DNA of 64,000 nt from Heterodontus francisci (lineage: Eukaryota), in contig NC_090392.1 in the NCBI RefSeq assembly GCF_036365525.1, forward strand, positions 58,033,247 to 58,097,246, given 5' to 3'. This document shows, piece after piece, positions 1 to 12,322 of this stretch; the first letter of the stretch is position 1; every line of letters starts with the position of its first letter. The notes beneath the pieces are model-generated. The model worked only from the letters and a program-made list of their open reading frames with translations. It had not been told where the DNA came from and ran no database searches. A program made the position numbers and the translations under genes.

Positions 1-2259
1 CCACTTTCAAAAAGTCGCGCTGAAGCTTTGACACATGCGCAGAGGCCAACGTGGCGCGTTGCCCGAGGAAGACGACGTAACGCGATGACGTCATCTACGC
101 ATGCGCAAAGCGGTCCAGGCAAGACGGACCGCAGCGCATGCGCAGAGGGCATGAGACCGTCTGCGCATGTGCGCACTGCGGCGCATCCTGATGACGTCGG
201 CGATGACGTAGCGTTGTCATGAATTACTTTGTAAGTTAAAAGCACTGTCTATGGAAGAGTTGAGAAACATGGCTGAGCAGTGTGGGATCACTGAACATGC
301 TAAGGCTAGTAAGTCTGAACTCCTAAGACTAGTGGCCAACCATTTTTCCCTTGAATCTGAAGAAGCAGAAACAGGGTTAGAAATAGACTCCAACAGGGTA
401 TTGCTAGCAAAGCTATGATTGGAACAGAGGAAACTTGAATTAGAAGACAGGGAAAGAGAAAGGGAAAGAGAAAGACAGGAGAGAGAAAAAGAGAGACAGG
501 AGAGAGAGAAAGAACCTTTCAGAAAGAACATGAAGAAAAAGAGAGAGAGGAGAGAGAGAAAGAGAGAGCCTTCCAGAAGGGCTGTGAAGAGAGAGAGCTG
601 AGGCAGCTTGAGTTGACTAGGGGGTGACAGAGTGACCCCAGTGAAAGCGTGGCCAATATGGAGGATCGTAATTCAGGGCTGGGTAGAGAATTGTTACAAA
701 ACAAGGCAGTTAAATTGGCCAGCTGAAACTTGGACTCTCCTGTTACAAAACAAGCTAACAGGAAAAGCCCATGAAGTTTATTCCCTGTTGCCAGATGAGA
801 GTTCATCAAATTATGAACTGACAAAAAATGCTATCTTTGGGGCATATGAGTTAGTACCGGAAGCCTTTTGACAAAAGTTTAGAACCCTCAAGAAGCAAGC
901 TGATCAAATTTACTTGGAGTTTGAGAGAAATAAGCAGGTGGCTTTTGACCAGTGGCTGAGGGCTCTTAAAGTACAGCTCAGCTATGAAAACCTCAGAAGG
1001 TAATTTTGCTAGAGGAATTTAAAAACTCTCTCCCACTCTCCATAAAGACACATGTAGAGGAAGTTCATAAAGCCTGGCAAGTCACAGTTCTGGCTGATGA
1101 GTTTGCTCTCATCTATAAGTCAGTTTCACAGGGGAAAACCTTTCCTAGTCATCCCCATAAATCTGAAAAGGACAAAGGGTGGGAAGGTGATAGAAGCTCA
1201 AGCAGTCCTGGGAGAGAAAGAAAAGAAGGAGACAGAGGGACCCCTCCTCCAGCCAAAAAAAAATGTGCTGTAAGTAGGAGTGAGACCCGGAGACCTGTGT
1301 GCTTCCATTGTAAAAAGGCAGGACATCTAAGAGCTGACAGCTGGAAACTATGGGGAAAGCCTGTAGGGTTCATCAGGGCACACTCACTCAGTGAAGGAGA
1401 AGGGTCCTGATGGAACGCACAGCTGAACAAGCTATAGCTTTAACTGCAGCAGTAGTAAGTCCCAGAAAACATACTGCTGTAGGTGCAGGAAAATTTAATA
1501 GGATTCCTGAAGGTTAGCAGGATTTTGTGTCTGAAGGGAGAGTAACCCCATACTCCTCGAGTGGGGCAAGCAAGCCCATAGTAATCCTCAGGGACACAGG
1601 GGTCACTTGATCCCTTTTACTGGGAAAAAGCCTGACTTTTCCCCCAGAGAGTGCAGTAAGTACCAGAATGGTGGTGAATGGTATTGGAGGGCAGTGTACG
1701 TCTGTACCTTTACATCAGGTGCACGTGGAGCGCAACCTAGTTTTGGGACCGGTGATTGTAGGGATTGTCCCTAGTTTGCCTGTAGACGGGGTTGACCTGC
1801 TCCTAGGTAATGATCTGGCAGGGGCGAAGGCGGTAGCTTCCCCAGTAGTGAAAGCGGGACCGCAGGAGGTCAGAGAGACACGGCAGTGGCAGGAGATGGT
1901 CCCCTGCAGTTCCTCTGCATGTGTAGTGAATCGGGCCATGATCAAACGAGTTCCCCCAGAGGACACTGAATTGGCACTGCAGGCAGATGACCACGAGATT
2001 TTCTTTGGAAAGTTAGAAGACCCAGGGAATGAATCAAATGATTTTTTCCTAGCTGAGGCTCAGCGAGCTGTCCCATACTGAGAGAGTTAGTACAGGCTGT
2101 CCAGTCTGAAATTGAAGCAGAGGGAGTCCCGAACTGCTACTATTTAAAGAATGAGGTACTGATGAGGAAATGGAGTTCTCCTCACAGACCTGAGGGCAAG
2201 GAGTGGACAGTGGTTCACCAGTTAGTGGTGCTGCAGAGGTAGTGGAGGGAAATATTAAG

Positions 2260-3137
2260 TGTCATGAAAACCCCACCTGCCAAGAATGAGGCATATTAAT
2301 TTCATCATATGAACATTAATTTTAAACTGTTGCTGGAAGGAAGAGATGACTTGTTTAAAGAGATCAGTAGTGGCTGGAAAACATTTGCATACTAAGAGAC
2401 AGTGCCTGGAGACAATAGAATGACTCCCTGATCCAATTAACTCAAATGGATTTTTATCACCAGACATTGAATGTGCAAGAAAGCCAGCATTCCAGGGTGT
2501 CTGCTAAGATGAAGAATCCGTAAACACAGGACTTTGTTAAAATAGCTAGTCACATGACTAACCTGTTGGCCCAGGTTTTTGTTTGAACTGCTCACAACAC
2601 AGTTTGGGTCAACTGAACTTGGAAGAAGAGAGCCTCTCCCCAGGCTAGCTCTCTCTCTCATGAATCTCCGGATCCACTAAAGTCACTTAAACCTCAAAAG
2701 AGAAAAGACTCCTATATCGAAACAAAAGCATGCACTGGGCCCCAACGAAATGGCAAGACTTATTGGCAATCAAAGAACTCAAAAGACCATAAATAAATCT
2801 CAGCTATTGCCGTAAATGTTTCCCCTTTATTCTTTCTACTTTTCTGTTCCTATCGGTGTGTGTGTTTATCGCTTATGCACGCTCGTGTGGTCGCGTCACG
2901 TATTTGTAGCCGTTAACTGAATTGGAGTTTAAGGTTAATAAACTTTCACCTTTCTTGTTTAAATCTAAGAAAACCTGTCTGGTTGATTTCTTTGCCTTAC
3001 AATTGGAGAGCAGTGAACAAGGATTCACTGAGGGGGAGCTGAAAAACACGATGTTTTTAAAATTAAACCCTGTTATGGTAAAACCAGGCAAAGGCTGAGA
3101 GGGAACCCGTAGACCCCTTTCTCACCTGGTTGTAACG
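2260..3137 (+). mobile_element. Solo LTR nested inside the integrase zinc-finger region of the host Gypsy element
   Basis: Starts TGTCATGAAAACCCCACCTGCCAAGAATGAGGC and ends CTGGTTGTAACG. Both ends are similar to the LTR at 4208-5170 and to the reverse complement of 56870-57775. Host reading EIL(R)...MAHE resumes after it. Confidence 0.8.
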
Positions 3138-4207
3138 TAAAAATGGCCCATGAGATTACAATGACTGTACATGTCAGTATACGAAAAACCAAAGCCCAGG
3201 TAAGATAGCAGTTTGACTAGCCAAAACTCCACCAAGATGTGGTGGAGATCTGTAGGAGTTGCCACATGTGCCAGGTTGAGAGGAAGCCCCAACCTACAGT
3301 GAAATCTGCACCCCTAAATCCTGTACCGGTGTTTGGAGGACGCTCCAGCAGAGGGCTGGAGAATTGTAAGAGACCACTGCTGAGAACAAAAAGGGACAGA
3401 CAGGCACAAGACAGGCAAAATGTTAGAGAGGAAAAGGGACAAAGGAGACAGGTTAAAGGTGATCTGAGAGGATTCCCAGATGAAAACCCCTACTGTCCGC
3501 TCAGCCAACCCCGAAATGTTGGAAAACTTAGACCCCACATCCTCCTATGTAAATGCAGACACCAGAGGCACCCCACCAGAGTTGCTAATAGCATTTACAG
3601 AAACCTTCAGAGACAAAGAGAGTCCTCAAGAGGGCAGAGAAACTGTGAGGGTGATGCCTCACCTAGTTGCAGTGCCGCAGTGGAGTGCAGTGGAATCGGG
3701 ACAAATACCTGCAAGCAGGAATGTCCCAGAGAACAAAAGGAAGATTAGCATAGTCAGGAGAAAAGGGAAACAACCATCCCCTAAAGTGAAAAGAACATGC
3801 CTGACTCATCAGGGCATTGAAAGAGAGATCAGAGTGAATCCACCCACTGCAGACTCTGATGAGCAGAACTCCAAACCAGAGCTAATTAAATCTAACCCTT
3901 CCCCTGCAGACAGGCACACGAGGCAAACCTCCCCAAAAATCATATGTTTATTGGGATGCCCATTCCTAACGTATTGCAGGCTGATAGTGAAGAAACTTCA
4001 AACCCCTTTGGGCAACACAAAACTACCTCAAGGGCAAAGGGGCAGTTTAAAGTAGCACTGCTACAAAGGAAAGACAGGCTGTAACAATTTTTAGGATTTC
4101 TGAATGAATGAGAGAACTGCATGTGTGGTTTCCTGTACTTTCTCTTCTTTCTATTTTTATAATGAAATATCCCCTAATATCGCATTTCATTCCACTGGAA
4201 ATGGAGG

Positions 4208-5170
4208 TGTGCCGGAAACTACACCTGCCAAAATGAGACATATTAATTTCGTCATATGGAACATTATTTTTTGAACTATTACTGGACTTGAAATAACTTG
4301 TTTAAAAGGACCACAACATTGGCTGAAAACATGGCTGCACATTTGCATTCTAAAAGACAGTTGCATGAAGAAGACAATGGGAGTACTCCCTGATTCAATT
4401 AGCCAGATGGATTTTATCCATAGTGATGATCAAGAGAAATTGAGAGTCATTGAGCCAGCATCACCACCGACCCCCCCAAACCACCCCCCCAACTGAGAGT
4501 GTCTGGTAAGTTTGAAGGAATCCACAAATATCGCAGGCAAGGCTTCTCTAAACAAGGAGCTAGTCACATGACTAACCTGCAGGCCAACTTGGAGTTAATT
4601 GAATTGTACTCACAGATCAGTTTGGGAAAAACTGCAACTGAACTTCAAGAAGAGAGCGCCTCTGTCTCTCTCTCTTTCATGCAAAGTTTCAGGGACCCAT
4701 GGAAATAACTCAAGTCACAATACAGAAGACCAGCGAAACAAGTTTGAAAGTGTGTACTGGGCCCCAACGAGAACTGCAAGAGTTAATTTCAATCAAAGAC
4801 TTTACATCAAACCCAAAGCCAGTAACTGAACTCCAGCTATTGCTTCAAACCTTTCCCCTTTGACTCTTTCTCCTTTTCTGTCTCTATTTGCGTGTGTTTA
4901 TCGCGTATGCATGCTAGTGTGGTCGCGTCGCGTATTTTTAGTAGGTTTAACTGAGTTAGAGTTTTAAGGTTAATAAACTTACACCTTTCTTTTTAAATCT
5001 GAGAAAACCTGTCTGGTTGATTTCTTTGCAATCACAATTACAGAGCAGTGAGCAAGAACTCACTGATGGGAAGCTAAAACACGGTGTTTTAAAAGTTAAA
5101 CCCTGTTACGGCAAAACCAGGAAGAGGCTGAGAGGGGACCCCTATACCCCCTTCTCAACTGGTTGTAACA
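4208..5170 (+). repeat. 3' LTR of the Gypsy/Gmr1-like element
   Basis: TGTGCC...GTTGTAACA, preceded by the purine-rich TGGAAATGGAGG, with internal AATAAA at ~4972. Similar to 2260-3137. Confidence 0.8.
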
Positions 5171-6278
5171 CTACTTTAGTTATGCAGTGTGTGATCTGAT
5201 TCTGGGTAAATCATACATGCTGACCATTCATGTTTTTAGAGTCTGATGTGCTGACAAAAATCAACATGGATTGGACCTATCTCCCCTCAATGGCAAGTTC
5301 TGCTGCTAATGGAAGTGTTTCTGTCTTCTGTTTGCTGTGGCAGGAATTCTCATGAAAACGGGAATTTGTGTTGAAAGTATACGGTGGCTGGCATCACTTC
5401 AAGTAAAAGCAAGACTGAAGTAGATATGACCTTGATGGGAAAGGGAAGTGGGAGAAAGTGAAGGGGACTTTCAATGCCTTCAACATTTATAGATTCCTTC
5501 CTCAAGATTTCATGCACCAAAGTGTATTTTCCTTCAATACAATGGGTATATTTACAGCTTAAGCAGAAAACACAACCTATTTGTTTACACAATTCATAGA
5601 CCTATGACCAGGGCTGTATTTGAACTTTCAACTTTTATGAAGAGAAATATAATTAATTCAGAAATTCTAATAGCAGAACTGCAACTACCAGCCAATACCA
5701 CAACGGTATTGCCACATACAAACCTGGAACAAATTTTCACCACATAGACAATGCCAACTATTTATGGAGTGATTGAAGCTTCCTTGTAGCAATATTTGCT
5801 TATAATGGCTTTTGAGTTATAGAGAGAATGGGATCACTTATGATTGCTGAATAGTCACTTCTGATAATTCAAAGTAATTACTGCATTAGAAAATCAATTA
5901 TCCAATATCACAGCAAAATGGGCATTTAGTACAAAAACAAAATTTGCATTATCAGATAATTTGAATTAAATGATTTTGAATGAGAAGGAATACAATATTT
6001 TTTAGAGGTGGGCAACAATGGCAAGGCTGCATTTATTGCCCATGCCTAGTTATCCTGACAAGTTGGTGTTGGGCCTTCTCCTTGAAGCTTGTTGTGATGA
6101 TGCTCCTACAATGCTACAACACTGTTGGGTAGGAAGTTCCAGGATACTGACGCAGCAACAATGAAAGAACAGCAATATATTTCCAAGTCAGGATGGTGTG
6201 TGACTTGGAGAGGAACTTGCAGGTGATGGTGTCCTATAACTTTGCTAGTCTTGTACTTCTTGGTGGTAGAGGATACAG

Positions 6279-6638
6279 ATTAGATTAGATTAGATTAGAG
6301 ATACAGCACTGAAACAGGCCCTTCGGCCCACCGAGTCTGTGCCGACCATCAACCACCCATCTATACTAATCCTACACTAATCCCATATTCCTACCAAACA
6401 TCCCCACCTGTCCCTATATTTCCCTACCACCTACCTATCCTAGTGACAATTTATAATGGCCAATTTACCTATCAACCTGCAAGTCTTTTGGCTTGTGGGA
6501 GGAAACCGGAGCACCCGGAGAAAACCCACGCAGACACAGGGAGAACTTGCAAACTCCACACAGGCAGTACCCAGAATCGAACCCGGGTCCCTGGAGCTGT
6601 GAGGCTGCAGTGCTAACCACTGCGCCACTGTGCCGCCC
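6279..6638 (-). mobile_element. HE1-type tRNA-derived shark SINE
   Basis: Reverse complement begins GGGCGGCACAGTGGCGCAGTGGTTAGCAC (A box), has B box GGTTCGATTC, a CR1-like tail GGGCCGAAGGGCCTG and (CTAAT)n. TACAG is duplicated at 6274-6278 and 6639-6643. Confidence 0.9.
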
Positions 6639-6804
6639 TACAGGAAAGGGAGTTGTTGCTGCCGTGAACCCTGTAGGTTTTACATACTTCAGCCACATGC
6701 AGAGGTGAGGGAGGGGCTGGAAATTGGGTCAAATAGCAGGGGCATTAATCAAGTGAACTGTTTTGTGTGGATGGTGTCAAGCCTCTTGAATGCTGTTGAG
6801 TCGA

Positions 6805-7300
6805 CAAAGGAAAAGAAAGACTTTCATTTATACATTTTTTATTTGTTTCATGGGATGTGGGCATCATTGGCAAGGCCTGCATTTGTTTCCCATCCCTAAT
6901 TGCCCTTGAGAAAGTGGTGGTGAGCCGCCTTATTGAACGGCTGCAGTCCATCTGGTTCACGACCTCAGGATTCCACAAAATGCTTTACAGCCAGCGAAGT
7001 ACTTTTAAAGCGTAATCACTGTTGTAATGCAAGAAATGCAGCAGCCAGTCAGATCCCACAAACAGCAGTGTAATAATGCCCAGATAATCCATATTAGTGA
7101 TGTTGTTTGAGACATAAATATTTTGACATCTACCTGAGAGAGCAGACGGGGCCTCAGTTTAATGTCTCATCTAAAAAACACCACCTCCGACAATGCAGCA
7201 TTCCCTCGATATTGCACTGACGTGTCAGCCGAGATTGTGTGACATGAACAACCTTTTGACTCATAAGCAAGATTGCGACCACTGAGCCACAGCTCACACT
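6805..7300 (-). mobile_element. Deu-domain (SacSINE1/AmnSINE-like) SINE remnant
   Basis: Reverse complement contains GGAGGTGGTGTTTTTTAGATGAGACATTAAACTGAGGCCCCGTCTGC. Same family as 34638-35028, 46240-46670, 48150-52580 and 56200-56650. Confidence 0.6.
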
Positions 7301-8540
7301 TCTTCACAGCTGTACATATCCTGATGAGTGGTAAGTATTTCATCACACTCCTGACTTAAGTCTTGTAGATAGCAGAGAAGCTTGGAGGGTTCAGGGTAAC
7401 AAGTACCCAGCTTCTTCCTTGTTCTTATAATCATGATATTTCAATGACTGGTCTAAGCTTCTGGTTAGTGATGACCCTCATGCTATCGATGGTGGAGCAC
7501 TTTTTGGAAATTCAAGGGGAGATGGTTGGTCTTTCTCTTATTCAAATTGGTCATTAGCTGGCATTTAAGTGTCATGAATATTATCTTTGCCTTGTCAGCC
7601 CAAGCCTGGATGTTATGCAGGTTTGGCTTAAGAATGACACGGGCTACTTCATTATTGGGGGAGTTGTGTACGGAGCTGAACACTGTAGAATGGGCACTGA
7701 ACAACCTTTATCCTGACTTTGTGATGGAAGAAAGGTAATTGATGCAGCAGCTAAAGTTGGTTGGGCTGAAGACATTTTCCTGAGGAACTCCTGCAGTGAT
7801 ATTCTGGGGTTTAATTTTTGGCTGATGACAGCCAGGACCGTCTTTTATTGGAGAGTGGCTCGCAGTTGGTATTTTGAAGAGGAAAGGAGACCATTGATGT
7901 TAGCTAGTATGGAGGCTACAGTGGGGACTTGAGTGATCAGGAGTTCAGTGGTTATGTAAAAAGGAGTCTGGGGTTGTCTTTGCCACTTTATGGGTGGGAA
8001 ATTGATGTGGGATGAGAGAAGCTAAGAGGGAACACATGGCAGATGGCTGAAGTCATGGGAGTCAAAAGACTAAAGCAGACTGAAGCTGCCCCTTAGTTGG
8101 TTGAGCTGATAGCTTTCAGTGTCTGTAGAAATATCCAGTGGAACATTCAGAATGGCATAAAATCCATTAAAAAATACCATGCTCAAAATTCAATTTTGTG
8201 CCTTGGGAACACCATGTCTACAAATTTACAAATCTTCATCTGTTGAGCATTAATGAATGGACGTGTGGGATCTGCAATGCATTTGTTTAAAGAAGAAAAA
8301 TCAATTGTAAATGTGACAACAGTACATGTTGCCCCACCACCCTCCTCGCTCCCCCCCCCATAAGTTATTAGATTGGTTTTATGTACAATGTGCAGATCAG
8401 TTTCTCTGTTGAGTTTAATGGTGTTAGTCCTGTACTCTGGTATTATTTTCCACCCCAGTTCTGCTATTGTGGTTTCTGGATTCACCAAGAAACAGACCAC
8501 AGTCTGAATAGTTAAAACTGAGTTCTCTATCTGACTGAAT

Positions 8541-9224
8541 GGGCTTAATTTTTCAAAACAGGGTCAGGAACCCGTGCCTGGATAATTTCCAGGTCCTGAT
8601 CCCACACAGTGTCTGTGTCACTGACGCGATGCTATCTTCAAATGCAAATCACCTAATTGGGCTGGAGACGAGCTAAGCCGCAAATTAGTGGTGCCGAGCA
8701 TTGCCAAGAGGCAGACTGCTGAGTACAATCCTCAAAGGCAGACAGCAGCCATGACTTGGCCTGCTGGTGCCTTGCAAAATAGGGGATGCAGGAGATCAGA
8801 GGGCCAGCAGCCTCACGGCGCGTAAGAGTGGCCAAACAGCAAACAAAAAGGTACCACACCCACTCTGACACAATAAGCGCTTTGCCAAAACATTTTTTTC
8901 AAGATTAATATAACTTGATGATTCCACACATTGCACCGGACAGTTGTGCACTAATGTGCACCAGACAGTTCAGATTCACCAATCTGCAATTTCAATATCT
9001 CCTTCTGGCCCTCCTCAACCCGTTAACAAGCTCCTCAAGGAGCTTAACGGGCAGTTAGCTGGAGGTGAGCTGGTTCCTGGCTCCCTCCAGCCTCTGCCCG
9101 CCCTCGCTTTGAAAATAGCAGTGTGTCCCTGAGGTGTTGGGACACTGACATGTCATCCGGGAATGTTATTTTCAAAGCATGCCCACACCGATATTGTCCG
9201 CATGGGCGATTAAAAATCCAGGCT
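8541..9224. mobile_element. Non-autonomous PIF/Harbinger-like DNA transposon (MITE)
   Basis: Imperfect TIRs GGGCTTAATTTTT / TAAAAATCCAGGCT, flanked by AAT/AAT, with a GC-rich interior. Confidence 0.55.
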
Positions 9225-9551
9225 AATCTTTTAATAAATTTTTTTTCTCTCAGAGTGAATCTGTGATATAAATTAAATACATTTATTTGGTCTTAATGCA
9301 AAAACCTGAAGCATGTGTGTTGGTCATTTGATAATGTAAGGTTGATGACTGCAAGGCAAAGGGAGAAATTAAATCTGTGGCACTGATTTTCTCCACAGCA
9401 GCCATTTCATAGAATCCTACATTCCTGCTCACTCATCTTGAGTATTCTTTTTCAAGAAACTGTCTAACCAAGTGACTAAACAACTTATGTTGGAGTGAAG
9501 CAACACAGGCATAAAAGTTTATGCCAAATGGTAGAGGAGGCACAATTAAGA

Positions 9552-10735
9552 GCTTAAGGACATTAGAAATAGGAGCAGGAACATGCCATATGGATCATGG
9601 CTCAATGTCTACATCAGCTCCACTTTCTTGCCTATCCCCAATCCCTTGATTCACTTAGTGCCCAAAAACCTATTGATCTCAGTCTTGAATACATTCATTG
9701 ATTGAGCATTCACAGCCATCTGCAGGGGAGAATTCCAAAGATTCACAACCCTCTGAGAGAAGAAATTTCTCCTCATCTCTGTCCTAAATGGTTGACCCTT
9801 TATCCTGAGACTATGACCCCCAGTTCTAGACTCTCCAGCCAGGGGAAACAGCCTCTCAGCATCTATCCCTTGAAGAATTTTATATGCTTCAATGAGATCA
9901 CCTCTCATTCTTATAAGCCCCAGACAATACAGACCGATTCTACTCAATCTGTCCTCATAGGACAGCTCTCTCATCCCAGGAATCAATCTAGTGAACCTTC
10001 ATTGCACCTCCTATATGGCAAGTAAATCCTTCCTTAGGTAAGGAGACACAAAACTTCAGGTATGGTCTCACGAAAGCCCTATACAATTGCTGCAAGACGT
10101 CTTTGCTCCTATTCTCTAACATCCTTGTAATACAGACAAGTATACCATTTGCTTTCCTAATTGCTTGCTGTACCTATATATTAACTGTCTGTGATTCATG
10201 TGCAAGAGCACTCTGAATGTCAATATTTAATAGTCTCTCAGCTTTAAAAAAAAAATTCTGCTTTTCCATTCTTCCTACCGAAGTGGACAATTTCACATTT
10301 CATGACATTATACTCTCTCTGCCACCTTCTTGCCCAATCACTTAAATGTATGTTACTTAGAATTTAGAAGAATGAGAGGTGATATCATTGAAACATATAA
10401 ATTTGTTTCAGGATAGATGCTGAGAGATTCTTTTCTCTGGCTGGAGAGACTAGAATGAGGGGCCATATCCCTTTTCAGCCTCTTTGCCTCCTCGTCAGAG
10501 CTTACTTTCCGACCTAGTTTTGTATCGTCAGCATACTTGGATGTTTTACACTCAGTCCCCTCATCTAAATTATTGATAAAGATTGTAGATAGCTGAGGCC
10601 CATGCACTCATCCTTGGAACACTCCATCAGTCACACACTGCCATTCCGAAAATGTCTTGTTTATTCCTACTCTCTGTTTTCTACTCCTCACGCCATACTA
10701 AAATATTACCCCCAATTACATGAACCCTAATCTTA
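9552..10735 (-). mobile_element. CR1 LINE 3' fragment (RT C-terminus and tail) with an internal inverted piece at ~10352-10466
   Basis: ORFs 9651-9986 (MRGDLIEAYKIL...RRNFFSQRVVNLWN) and 10353-10607 (KYADDTKLG). Confidence 0.85.
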
Positions 10736-10806
10736 ATTCTAAAGCTGCTGAAAACTGTTCATATTGATTATTACAACAGAGTAACAGATTCCTATTTGAA
10801 ATTCGC

Positions 10807-12322
10807 TTGTTTAGAGTCGCTCTGAACAGGCTCCAGAAGCTGGCCGAGCGCGTCTACCCTGAGGCACAGTGTGGCTTTCGTGCAGAGAGATCGACCATTG
10901 ACATGCTGTTCTCCCTTCGTCAGATACAGGAGAAATGCCGTGAACAACAGATGCCCCTCTACATTGCTTTCATTGATCTCACCAAAGCCTTTGACCTCGT
11001 CAGCAGACGTGGTCTCTTCAGACTACTAGAAAAGATTGGATGTCCACCAAAGCTACTAAGTATCATCACCTCATTTCATGACAATATGAAAGGCACAATT
11101 CAACATGGTGGCTCCTCATCAGAGCCCTTTCCTATCCTGAGTGGTGTGAAACAGGGCTGTGTTCTCGCACCCACACTTTTTGGGATTTTCTTCTCCCTGC
11201 TGCTTTCACATGCGTTCAAATCCTCTGAAGAAGGAATTTTCCTCCACACAAGATCAGGGGGCAGGTTGTTCAACCTTGCCTGTCTAAGAGCGAAGTCCAA
11301 AGTACGGAAAGTCCTCATCAGAGAACTCCTCTTTGCTGACGATGCTGCTTTAACATCTCACACTGAAGAGTGCCTGCAGAATCTCATCGACAGGTTTGCG
11401 TCTGCCTGCAATGAATTTGGCCTAACCATCAGCCTCAAGAAAACGAACATCATGGGGCAGGACGTCAGAAATGCTCCATCCATCAATATTGGCGACCACG
11501 CTCTGGAAGTGGTTCAAGAGTTCACCTACCTAGGCTCAACTATCACCAGTAACCTGTCTCTAGATGCAGAAATCAACAAGCGCGTGGAAAAGGCTTCCAC
11601 TGCTATGTCCAGACTGGCCAAGAGAGTGTGGGAAAATGGCGCACTGACACGGAACACAAAAGTCCGAGTGTATCAGGCCTGTGTCCTCAGTACCTTGCTC
11701 TATGGCAGCGAGGCCTGGACAACGTATGCCAGCCAAGAGCGACGTCTCAATTCATTCCATCTTCGCTGCCTCCGGAGAATACTTGGCATCAGGTGGCAGG
11801 ACTATATCTCCAACACAGAAGTCCTTGAAGCGGCCAACACCCCCAGCTTATACACACTACTGGGTCAGCGGCGCTTGAGATGGCTTGGCCATGTGAGCCG
11901 CATGGAAGATGGCAGGATCCCCAAAGACACACTGTACAGCGAGCTCGCCACTGGTAGCAGACCCACCGGCCGTCCATGTCTCCGCTATAAAGACGTCTGC
12001 AAACGCAACATGAAATCGTGTGACATTGATCACAAGTCATGGGAGTCAGTTGCCAGCATTCGCCAGAGCTGGCGGGCAGCCATAAAGACAGGGCTAAATT
12101 GTGGCGAGTCGAAGAGACTTAGTAGTTGGCAGGAAAAAAGACAGAGGCGCAAGGGGAGAGCCAACTGTGCAACAGCCCCGACAAACAAATTTCTCTGCAG
12201 CACCTGTGGAAGAGCCTGTCACTCCAGAATTGGCCTTTATAGCCACTCCAGGCGCTGCTTCACAAACCACTGACCACCTCCAGGCGCGTATCCATTGTCC
12301 CTCGAGATAAGGATGCCCAAAA
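10807..12322 (+). mobile_element. RTE-clade LINE, 5'-truncated, with an uninterrupted 488-aa RT-to-C-terminus ORF (10807-12273)
   Basis: PEAQCGFR, FIDLTKAFD, GVKQGCVLAPTLF, LFADD, RRLRWLGHV and a C-terminal CxxC...H motif, followed by a short 3' UTR. Confidence 0.92.

Larger units (their letters stand above)
215..5170 (+). mobile_element. Decayed Gypsy/Gmr1-like LTR retrotransposon (SCAN-like gag, CCHC knuckle, protease, integrase HHCC, 3' LTR); 5' end truncated or interrupted
   Basis: Gag/SCAN-like fragments (WTLLLQNKLTGKAHEVYS...AYELVPEAF; LEEFKNSLP), zinc knuckle CFHCKKAGHLRAD, protease ILRDTG at ~1584 and DLLLGNDL, integrase HHCC (MAHE...H...CRSCHMCQ, 3143-3275). Many stops and frameshifts. 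Purine tract before a TG...CA LTR at 4208-5170. Confidence 0.85.
5995..7850 (-). mobile_element. Fragments of an old CR1-group LINE 3' region, interrupted by SINEs
   Basis: Reverse complement resembles the + strand fragments at 17410-17757 and 31320-32135 (e.g. CACACCATCCTGACTTGGAA). Confidence 0.55.

Noticed and set aside
217-601. Low-complexity ERE/SLS ORFs as host genes
   Set aside because: They are the coiled-coil part of the decayed gag and its antisense shadow.
6440-6708. Recurrent ORFs such as MAQWLALQPHSS and MWEETGAPGENP as a multicopy gene
   Set aside because: They are translations of HE1 SINE copies.
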